Below the pieces are notes generated by a model. The model made no database searches. It had not been told where the DNA came from and was given only the letters and a program-made list of their open reading frames with translations. Shown here piece after piece: positions 47,336 through 55,420 of a stretch of DNA of 64,000 nucleotides. Numbering within the stretch: the stretch's first letter is position 1; every line of letters starts with the position of its first letter. The DNA comes from Bacteroidia bacterium (GTDB lineage: Bacteria; Bacteroidota; Bacteroidia; Flavobacteriales; Flavobacteriaceae). Position numbers and translations under genes: made by a program. The stretch covers positions 76,831 through 140,830 of the forward strand of contig JAUICK010000007.1 of the NCBI GenBank assembly GCA_030427865.1. The letters are read 5' to 3'.

Positions 47336-48773
47336 ATTTTATACAAACATTTTTAGGTTCAGTAAAAAAACGTAAAGCTTCAAAACCACCTTCTCTACCT
47401 ACTCCACTTTCTTTTGCGCCTCCAAAAGGGGTTCTTAAATCACGTAACATCCAAGTGTTTACCCAAACAATTCCAGTTTGTAGTTGTTTAGAAAACTGCA
47501 TGGTTCTATTTAGATTGTTTGTCCATAAAGTTGTTGATAAACCATATTTAACTCCGTTTGCTAAAGTTAATGCTTCTTCATCAGTCTTAAATGACATTAA
47601 GGTTACTACTGGTCCAAATATTTCTTCTTGATTCAATCTACAATTGTTGTCTTGAACTTCTATAATTGTGGGTTGTAAATAATACCCATTTTCATTTCCT
47701 GAGACCACTACTTTATTTCCTCCAAACAAGATTTTTCCTCCTTCATTTTCTGAAATATCAATATAAGATTTTACTTTTTCTAAATGCTGTTTAGATACTA
47801 ATGCTCCAATATCTGTGGTATTTTCTGATGGATTTCCAACCTTTAATTCAGAAACTTTTTTGATAAAGTCTTCTTTAAATTTTTCATAAATAGTTTCTTC
47901 TACCAAAATACGACTTCCACACAAACAAATTTGACCTTGGTTGGCAAAGGAAGAACGCACAGTGGTTTGCAACATATCATCATAATCGCAATCTGCAAAA
48001 ATGATATTTGGGTTTTTTCCTCCTAATTCTAATGATAGCTTTTTAAACATTGGAGCTGCAACTTTGGCAATATGTGCGCCTGTTTTTGTACCTCCTGTAA
48101 AACTAATCGCTTTTATATTTGGATGCTCAACAATTGCCTGACCAGTGGTAGTTCCTAATCCGTGAACAATATTTAAAACTCCTTTTGGCAAACCTGCTTC
48201 GTTACAAATTTCGCCTAAAAAATAGGCTGTTATTGGTGTAATTTCACTTGGTTTAGCAACAACGCAATTTCCTGATGCAATTGCAGGTGCAATTTTCCAA
48301 GTGAAGAGATACAAAGGCAAATTCCAAGGAGAAATACAACCTACAACCCCAAGTGGTTGACGTAAAGTAAAATTAACAGCATTTAAACCCACACTTTCGT
48401 GAGCTTCTGATGAAAACTGGGTAATTGCATTTGCAAAAAACTGAAAGTTGCTTGCTGCTCTTGGAATATCTACTGCTTTTGCTAAACTAATAGGCTTTCC
48501 ATTGTCTTTGGATTCGGCAGCTGCTAAAACATCTATTTTTTCTATAATTAAATTGGCAATTTTTGATAGTATTTTACTTCTTTCATCTAAAGTAGTATTG
48601 CTCCAAGCTGGAAAAGCATCTGCTGCAGCTTGGTATGCTTTTTCTACATCTTCTTTTGAAGAATTTGGAATTTGTCCGTAGATTTCTCCTATTGATGGAT
48701 TGTAGTTATCAATATATACTCCATGTATTGGATTTTCGAATTTTCCGTTAATATAGTTTTGGATTTTATTCAT
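47328..48773 (-). CDS. nbaE: Aldehyde dehydrogenase; likely 2-aminomuconate-semialdehyde dehydrogenase
   Basis: ISPWNLP, FTGGT, LELGGKNP, NQGQICLCGSR, EEIFGPV, DLRTPFGG; context. Confidence 0.85.
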   Translation of the reverse strand: MNKIQNYINGKFENPIHGVYIDNYNPSIGEIYGQIPNSSKEDVEKAYQAAADAFPAWSNTTLDERSKILSKIANLIIEKIDVLAAAESKDNGKPISLAKAVDIPRAASNFQFFANAITQFSSEAHESVGLNAVNFTLRQPLGVVGCISPWNLPLYLFTWKIAPAIASGNCVVAKPSEITPITAYFLGEICNEAGLPKGVLNIVHGLGTTTGQAIVEHPNIKAISFTGGTKTGAHIAKVAAPMFKKLSLELGGKNPNIIFADCDYDDMLQTTVRSSFANQGQICLCGSRILVEETIYEKFKEDFIKKVSELKVGNPSENTTDIGALVSKQHLEKVKSYIDISENEGGKILFGGNKVVVSGNENGYYLQPTIIEVQDNNCRLNQEEIFGPVVTLMSFKTDEEALTLANGVKYGLSTTLWTNNLNRTMQFSKQLQTGIVWVNTWMLRDLRTPFGGAKESGVGREGGFEALRFFTEPKNVCIKYD

Positions 48774-50279
48774 TTATAAATCTGTATTTAAAATTGATAA
48801 ACAAATTTTAATTCCTTGTCTAATATTTCCAATTCTAATATTTTCATTTGGATTGTGTTGATTGTTATCCATATTAACCATTGGTACAATAATAGCAGGA
48901 ATACTTAATTCATTAATTGCTGGGATAATAGGTACTGTGCCTCCCATAGTTCTAATGCTCACAGGTTTTTGTTGAAACGCACTAGTTAAAGCGTTTCTTA
49001 GTTTTTGTCCAAAAGGTGAATTTAACGGAGTTCTAAATGCATTTACACCTGAGTTTCCTTTAAAAGTAACAATTTTGGGGTTTTCTAACCTTTCTTTATC
49101 TGTTGGCTCTCTGTCTAAAACTAAAAAACCCTGTTCTCTTATATGTGTTTTTATTTTTTCTAATTGTTTTGCTCCATCAGTTTCTACCACTAAACGAACA
49201 TCTATGTGCGCAGTTGCATATTCTGGAATAATGGTTTTTAAACCTTTTCCTTTCCATGAAGTTCCTATTTGCCTCACATTTAAAGTTGGATACTGTAATG
49301 CCTCTTGATAGTTCTTACCAACTGCTTCAGGCTTGAAAATAAACAGTGAGTTATTTATTTTTTCTGTGTTATCTGGAACAGAATTTAGAATATTAGCAAC
49401 TTCTTTATCAATTGTAATTCCTTTATAATACTCTTTAATCAAAACTTTTCCTTCTTCAGATTTCATAGAAGATAATAACCTCGAAAGGCTAAATACAGGG
49501 TTCTGAACATAGTTGCCATAATGCCCACTGTGCTGAGGAAGTTTAGAACCATAGGTTGTAATACTACATCTTGCAATTCCTCTACACCCAAAAGTTAATG
49601 TTGGTTGATTCGAATTGTGTGCAGGACCATCCATTATAATCATATAATCTGATTGATATTGGTTCTTGTATTTTTTTAATGTTGATAAAAATCCTTTTGA
49701 ACCATATTCTTCTTCTAAATCGAAAATAATTTTAATGTTGAATTTTGGAGTTTTGTTTTGTTTTTGCATCAATTCTAAGGCTGATAAAAACATTACAACT
49801 GGTGCTTTATCATCGGCAGCTGCTCTTGCAAAAATCCGCCAATCGTCATTAATTTTTTCTTGTAAACTCGACCATGCTATAGATTTCCATCCTCCATCTG
49901 TGTTTTTTTCTTTTAAAACCGGACGAAATGGGTCTTTTTGATTCCACATTTTCGTGTTTACAGCTTGTCCGTCTAAATGAAAGTAAAACAAAACTGTTTT
50001 AAATGAAGGGTTTACAATTCTTTCTGCAAATAAAACTGGTAAGGTAGAAGATTCAAGGTTTTTTAATTGAAAGCCTACTTTTCTGTATTTTTCTTTAACC
50101 CAACTTATGTTTTCATACATTTTCTTGATATTCGAAGGCAGGTTAGGTATGCTTACAAATGTTTTATGATTCATTATAACTTCATAAAGTTTCGAGTCTA
50201 TTTTCGTATCCCAATTTTCTTGGGCATTCAAAAAACAGAACGAAAATAAAACTGTAAATAATACTATTATTTTTTTCAT
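48774..50279 (-). CDS. Secreted M20/M25/M40 metallohydrolase
   Basis: Signal peptide; HLDGQ, RAAADDK, EEEYGS-like motif, DGP, HNPNEN. Confidence 0.85.
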   Translation of the reverse strand: MKKIIVLFTVLFSFCFLNAQENWDTKIDSKLYEVIMNHKTFVSIPNLPSNIKKMYENISWVKEKYRKVGFQLKNLESSTLPVLFAERIVNPSFKTVLFYFHLDGQAVNTKMWNQKDPFRPVLKEKNTDGGWKSIAWSSLQEKINDDWRIFARAAADDKAPVVMFLSALELMQKQNKTPKFNIKIIFDLEEEYGSKGFLSTLKKYKNQYQSDYMIIMDGPAHNSNQPTLTFGCRGIARCSITTYGSKLPQHSGHYGNYVQNPVFSLSRLLSSMKSEEGKVLIKEYYKGITIDKEVANILNSVPDNTEKINNSLFIFKPEAVGKNYQEALQYPTLNVRQIGTSWKGKGLKTIIPEYATAHIDVRLVVETDGAKQLEKIKTHIREQGFLVLDREPTDKERLENPKIVTFKGNSGVNAFRTPLNSPFGQKLRNALTSAFQQKPVSIRTMGGTVPIIPAINELSIPAIIVPMVNMDNNQHNPNENIRIGNIRQGIKICLSILNTDL

Positions 50280-50683
50280 GATTGTTTCTTATAAGCAATT
50301 ACTTTAATTTCTACTACCAAATCTGGATGTGGCAATTGATGTACTGCAACTGTGGTTCTTGTTGGGCCTGTTGCTGTATTAAAAAACTCTGCATAAGCTC
50401 TATTATAATCTGCAAAATCATTCATATTTACTAAGAAAGAAGAAACATCTACCACATCTTTTAAACTTGCACCAACTGTGTTTAAGTTTTGATTAATGTT
50501 TTGTAAAACTTCTTTGGTTTGTGTATATGCATCTAATTTTTTAGTTCCCATTTCATCAATAATAACCACTCCTGCAATGGTATTATCTGCTCTTCTTGAG
50601 CTGGTTCCTGAAACAAAAATAAAATCGCCCACTACTTTTACATGTGGATATGCGCCTCTTGGTGTTACTTTTTTTTCTGACAT
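50276..50683 (-). CDS. nbaF: RidA-family protein; likely 2-aminomuconate deaminase
   Basis: [36 protein letters not shown]. Confidence 0.85.
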   Translation of the reverse strand: MSEKKVTPRGAYPHVKVVGDFIFVSGTSSRRADNTIAGVVIIDEMGTKKLDAYTQTKEVLQNINQNLNTVGASLKDVVDVSSFLVNMNDFADYNRAYAEFFNTATGPTRTTVAVHQLPHPDLVVEIKVIAYKKQS

Positions 50684-50685
50684 AA

Positions 50686-51206
50686 TTATTTTGTTGCTAA
50701 TTCTAATAATTTTAGAGTTGTATTATAATTTCTTGTGGTTGCTGTTACATTCAATTTTCTTTCAAATAAATTATTAGAAAGTTTGGTTTTCGCAAAGGTT
50801 GATGGACAATAGAGATAAATCAAATCATCAACTATTTTATATGCGTCATCTCCAACATTTTTTATTTCTATTTTTGTATTTGTGGGTATATTGTCTAAAA
50901 AAATAAATGCTACTATTTTCTCGTTTTCTATTGAAAAAGGATAATTCTCAATCGCTTTTTTCCATTCTAAAATTGTTTTAGCAATCACTGGAACAGTATA
51001 TCCAAATCTATTTAAAATTTCTTGTTTTATTTTCTTACAAATTACTGATTTACTTTCCTCAGCATCTAAAATGATATTCCCACTTTGAATATAAGTTTGT
51101 ACATTTTGAAAACCCAAATTGTATAATAAACTACGTAAATCTGCCATAGGTAATTTGTTTTCCCAGAGACATTTATGCCACGTAATAAAACAATGTATTT
51201 TCTCAT
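50686..51206 (-). pseudogene. DUF1697 family gene with a 1-nt frameshift
   Basis: MRKYIVLLRGINVSGK from the ATG at 51206 is out of frame with NKLPMADLRS..YIQSGN; one A missing at 51158-51161. Confidence 0.8.
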
Positions 51207-51258
51207 TTATTTAAACTTTCTATTTCTTATTTAATAAATTAATGGTTTTTATAAATAA

Positions 51259-51348
51259 GGTTTAGCCCTGATTGAAGCATTTGTTTGAGCTCTTTTTTCT
51301 TTTCAGAAAAAAAGCGAGTGCGGAAAGCAGGATTAGCTTCAAAAAAAA
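51259..51348 (+). repeat. Structured interspersed repeat (possible Flavo-1 RNA), copy 3
   Basis: Near-identical arms to copy 2 with a different 8-nt loop; abuts the kmo stop codon. Confidence 0.85.
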
Positions 51349-52773
51349 TTACAATCCAGCTATTTTATCTTCCCTTAAAATATCTTCTGTTTCTTCTTTT
51401 ACTTTGTTCAAAACAATTTTTAGTTCTTTTTTGGTCATTTCTAATGATGTTGAAATGTCTTTATCAGCAATTAAATTCAACAACGCTTTGTCTTGGGCTC
51501 TACCTCTTTTCATTGCTTCATTATACCCTATTTCTTCATTAAAAGTGACTAATGAATATTTTGAAAAATACTGATTTGGAAAATGCTTTTCTAAATCCAT
51601 TTCAAGTTGCCTTTTTTCTTTAAACAAAGGATTTGCAACGTGATCTCGCATTTCGTAAAAATTATCAATTGCCAAATCTGCAATGGCGTCAGTGTCTTTT
51701 TTTCTTGCTTTTTCATAAGCTTTAAAAACAGTTTCCCAATCAAAGATTTCTCGACTGCGCTCGAAATGACACAAAACCTCATCAAAAACTACTACATCTT
51801 CAAAAGAAGCATTCATTCCTTGTCCGTAAAAAGGAACAATGGCGTGAGCAGCATCTCCCATTAACAAGGTTTTCTTTTGATAAGACCAAGGACTGCATTT
51901 TACAGTTCCTAAAGCTCCAGTTGGATTGTTGGTAAACTCTTCTTTTATATTAGGAATCAATGCCAAAGCATCTGGAAATTCTTTCTCGAAAAACTCGGTT
52001 ATTTTTTCTTCGGATGTTAAATTTTCGAAATTAAATTCGCCTTCATCATAACTCAAAAAGAGTGTTACTGTAAAACTTCCATCTATATTTGGTAAAGCAA
52101 TTAGCATAAAATCGCCACGAGGCCAAATGTGTAAATGGTCTTTACTTATTTGATGATTTCCATTTTTATCTGCTGGAATTTCCAGCTCTTTATATCCGTG
52201 ATTTAAATAATTTTGAGCATAACTAAATAAGAATTTACGTTCTGAAATATAACTTTTACGTAACGATGAACCTGCTCCATCTGTTCCGAAAATAACATCT
52301 GCTTTTACTTTAAATTTCTTACCAGTTTCATAACTTTTAAAATGAGCTACTTTGTTTTCTATGTCTACTTTTTTACATCCACTATTAAAATGAATGTTTA
52401 CATTTTTGTGCTTTTCTGCCTCATCTAATAAAATGGCATTTAAATTGCCTCTTGAAATGGAATTGATATATTCTCCTGTTCTACCTGAATAGTTCGAAGC
52501 AAATGTATTTCCTACTCTGTCATGCATTAATCTTCCATACATGGGTATGCAGATTTCTCTGACTTTTTCTTCCACTCCACATAAACGCAAGGCTTTTAAA
52601 CCTCTATCTGACAATGCTAAATTGATGCTTCTTCCAGCAGAAATATCTACTTTACGTAAATCGGGTCTGCTTTCATATACCTCTACTTTATAACCTCTTT
52701 GTGCTAAACGTAAAGCTAAAAGCGAACCACAAAGTCCAGCTCCAATGATTACTATTTTATCGTTTTTATTCAT
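51349..52773 (-). CDS. kmo: Kynurenine 3-monooxygenase
   Basis: IIGAGLCG, GRSINLALSDRG, HIWPRG..MLIALPN.DGSFT, GDAAHAIVPFYGQGMN. Confidence 0.96.
   Translation of the reverse strand: MNKNDKIVIIGAGLCGSLLALRLAQRGYKVEVYESRPDLRKVDISAGRSINLALSDRGLKALRLCGVEEKVREICIPMYGRLMHDRVGNTFASNYSGRTGEYINSISRGNLNAILLDEAEKHKNVNIHFNSGCKKVDIENKVAHFKSYETGKKFKVKADVIFGTDGAGSSLRKSYISERKFLFSYAQNYLNHGYKELEIPADKNGNHQISKDHLHIWPRGDFMLIALPNIDGSFTVTLFLSYDEGEFNFENLTSEEKITEFFEKEFPDALALIPNIKEEFTNNPTGALGTVKCSPWSYQKKTLLMGDAAHAIVPFYGQGMNASFEDVVVFDEVLCHFERSREIFDWETVFKAYEKARKKDTDAIADLAIDNFYEMRDHVANPLFKEKRQLEMDLEKHFPNQYFSKYSLVTFNEEIGYNEAMKRGRAQDKALLNLIADKDISTSLEMTKKELKIVLNKVKEETEDILREDKIAGL
51744..51771 (-). repeat. REP-like repeat translated in-frame inside kmo (CHFERSREI)
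   Basis: TGTCATTTCGAGCGCAGTCGAGAAATCT, codons 335-343; 26/28 identical to 24348-24375. Confidence 0.8.
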
Positions 52774-52789
52774 TTTTTATTATTTGAAA

Positions 52790-52822
52790 AGACCTCAAAG
52801 GTTTTAAAAACCTTTGAGGTCT
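52790..52822. repeat. Perfect palindrome between kynU and kmo
   Basis: AGACCTCAAAGGTTTT-A-AAAACCTTTGAGGTCT, 16-bp arms. Confidence 0.9.
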
Positions 52823-54080
52823 AAACTAACGTTTTTAAGACTTTTACCATTCTAAACACATCCTCAAAAGAATTATACATTGGCACAGGAGCACAACGTA
52901 TAACATCTGGCTCTCTCCAATCTGTAATCACATTGTTTTGGGTTAGTTTTTTGTGTAAATTTTTGTCGGCATTTTTTACTTGAATGGATAATTGGCAACC
53001 TCTTTCTTTTGGATTTTTTGGTGTGATGATTTTGATGTCATTAGAACCAATTTCGTTGATTAAAAACTCAAAATAACCCGTTAGTTTTTCTGATTTTTCT
53101 CTTAAAGCTTCCATACCAACCTCATCAAATAAATCTAAAGCCGCTTTAATAGCTGCCATAGATAATATTGGTGGATTAGACAGTTGCCAACCTTCTGCAC
53201 CTTGCATAACATCAAAAGGTTGTCTCATATTAAAACGTGTTTCTTTATTATGATTCCACCAACCTGCAAAACGTGGTAAGTCTTTATTTTTTGAATGTTT
53301 TTCGTGCACAAATAATCCTGCCAAACTTCCTGGACCAGAATTGAGATATTTGTAGGTACACCAAGCAGCAAAATCTACACCAGATTCATGTAAATTAGGT
53401 TGAATATTTCCTGCTCCATGAGCCAAATCTATTCCAACTACACAATTTTTTGAATGCCCGATTTCTGCAATCCTTTTTAAATCTAAAAACTGACCTGTAT
53501 AATAATTTACACCGCCAATTAGCAACAATGCAATTTCATCTCCTTGTTCTTCAACAATGACTTCTAAATCTTTTATATTCAGTAATTCTTCTCCTTTTCT
53601 TGGTTTCCACTCAATGACATCATCCTCAGAAAAACCATGAAATTTTAGTTGTGATTGTACTGCATATCTATCTGAAGGAAAAGCATCCGACTCAATAACT
53701 ATTTTATATTTGGTTTTGGTTGGTCTGTAAAAACTTACCATTAACAAATGTAAATTTGTGGTGAGCGTATTCATTACCACAACTTCAATTGGTTTTGCAC
53801 CTACTATTTTTGCCATTTTATCGGTTAAATACTCGTGGTAATTTACCCAAGGATTTTTTGCTTCAAAATGACCTTCTACACCAAAATTTGCCCAATCTTC
53901 TAATTCTTGATGGATATACTCTTTAGTTGATTTTGGTTGTAAACCCAGAGAATTCCCTGTAAAATATAACCAGTCTTTTCCATTTTTATCTTTTGGAATA
54001 AGAAATCGATTTCGTAAATGAGAAAGTTTATCTGCTGCGTCTAACTGTTTGGCGAATGTTAACGAATTTTGATATTGCAT
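52821..54080 (-). CDS. kynU: Kynureninase
   Basis: YFTGNSLGLQP, MNTLTTNLH, DLAHGAGN, WCTYKYLNSGPG PLP lysine, WQLSNPP; -7 box TATCTTTG at 54104-54111. Confidence 0.97.
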   Translation of the reverse strand: MQYQNSLTFAKQLDAADKLSHLRNRFLIPKDKNGKDWLYFTGNSLGLQPKSTKEYIHQELEDWANFGVEGHFEAKNPWVNYHEYLTDKMAKIVGAKPIEVVVMNTLTTNLHLLMVSFYRPTKTKYKIVIESDAFPSDRYAVQSQLKFHGFSEDDVIEWKPRKGEELLNIKDLEVIVEEQGDEIALLLIGGVNYYTGQFLDLKRIAEIGHSKNCVVGIDLAHGAGNIQPNLHESGVDFAAWCTYKYLNSGPGSLAGLFVHEKHSKNKDLPRFAGWWNHNKETRFNMRQPFDVMQGAEGWQLSNPPILSMAAIKAALDLFDEVGMEALREKSEKLTGYFEFLINEIGSNDIKIITPKNPKERGCQLSIQVKNADKNLHKKLTQNNVITDWREPDVIRCAPVPMYNSFEDVFRMVKVLKTLV

Positions 54081-54189
54081 TAATTTGAAAAAAATGATTT
54101 TCTCAAAGATAAAACAATTGATTTTTAGAATGAATTATTTGACATCAAAAATTCCTATCTTTATTTTTTTAAAACTTAAAAAACGATTT

Positions 54190-55371
54190 ATGAAATTGTT
54201 GAAATGCATGTTACTTTTATGCTTTGCAACTTTCTATTCTTGTGATAACCACTCTACAATAGAATTACGCTTAAAGGGTATTAATAAAAGTATAAAAGAA
54301 GAATTTGCTCCTGATAAAAGAGTTGCTATTTACGATGTTAAAATTGATAATTCTAATAATAAAATTCTACTTTCTGGAGAAACAAATTTAGAGTTTGCTT
54401 ATCAAAAATTATTAGATAGTTTAAAAAGTATTGATATAGATTTTACTACAAAAGTAAGAGTTTTACCAGATTCTGCTATTGGTGATTTAAAGTATGCTGT
54501 AGCCAGAAATTCTGTAATTAACATTCGTTCTAAGCCAAAACATTCTGCTGAATTAGGGACACAAGGTTTGTTGGGAATGCCACTAAAAGTATTGGATAAA
54601 AAAGGAGATTTCTACAGAATTCAAACTCCAGATAAGTATATTTCTTGGGTAGATAAAGGTGGAATTATTAGAATGAATAAAACTGATTTTGACAAATGGA
54701 ATAATCGTAAAAAAATAATTTACACTAAAAATTTTGGTTATGTATATGCAGACATAAGTGAAAACGCTGAGATTGTTTCTGATATTACCTTAGGTGGAGT
54801 TTTAAGTTTTAAAGGATTAGATTTTAATTTTTTTGAAGTTGAATATCCAGACAAAAGAAAAGGATTTGTAAAAAGAGAAGAAGCTGTTTATTACGACACT
54901 TGGATTTATAATTTAGAAGTAACTCAAGACAACATCGAAAGAATTGCAAAATCTATGGATGGTTTTCCTTATTTATGGGGAGGAACTTCTAGTAAAGGAA
55001 TGGATTGTAGTGGTTTTACCAAAATGGTGTATTTTATGAACGGTTTTATCATCCCAAGAGATGCATCTCAACAAATACATGCTGGAAAAATAGTGGATAA
55101 AAATCTCGATTTTTCTGATTTACAAAAAGGAGATTTACTATTCTTTGGATCAAAAGCAACTAAAAACAAGAAACAAAGAGTGGTTCATGTAGGTATTTGG
55201 TTAGGAAATGACAAAATGGAATTTATTCATGCTTCTGGAAATGTGCATATTTCTTCTATGGATGCTACTCAACCCCATTATGATGAATTTAACAAAAAAC
55301 GATATTTAGGTAGTAGGCGTTATTTAGGTGTAAAAGATAAAATGATTGTTGATTTGAAAAAAAATCAATAA
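54190..55371 (+). CDS. NlpC/P60 (C40) peptidase lipoprotein with SH3 domain, YkfC-like (start moved to MKLLKC)
   Basis: Lipobox FYSC; PYLWGGTS.KGMDCSG, PRDASQQ, HVGIW, FIHAS. Confidence 0.9.
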   Translation: MKLLKCMLLLCFATFYSCDNHSTIELRLKGINKSIKEEFAPDKRVAIYDVKIDNSNNKILLSGETNLEFAYQKLLDSLKSIDIDFTTKVRVLPDSAIGDLKYAVARNSVINIRSKPKHSAELGTQGLLGMPLKVLDKKGDFYRIQTPDKYISWVDKGGIIRMNKTDFDKWNNRKKIIYTKNFGYVYADISENAEIVSDITLGGVLSFKGLDFNFFEVEYPDKRKGFVKREEAVYYDTWIYNLEVTQDNIERIAKSMDGFPYLWGGTSSKGMDCSGFTKMVYFMNGFIIPRDASQQIHAGKIVDKNLDFSDLQKGDLLFFGSKATKNKKQRVVHVGIWLGNDKMEFIHASGNVHISSMDATQPHYDEFNKKRYLGSRRYLGVKDKMIVDLKKNQ

Positions 55372-55420
55372 GTATTATCGAAAAAAAATCAAGTTTTTTT
55401 TAATGTTTATATTCTTAAAA

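Noticed and set aside
51272-51864. Four short plus-strand ORFs (51272, 51285, 51591, 51607)
   Set aside because: Antisense to kmo and derived partly from repeats (VISSAVEKS and DFSTALEMT are alternative frames of the REP)
54085-54189. 35-aa N-terminal extension of the C40 peptidase
   Set aside because: Spans the kynU promoter; the lipoprotein signal begins at the ATG at 54190
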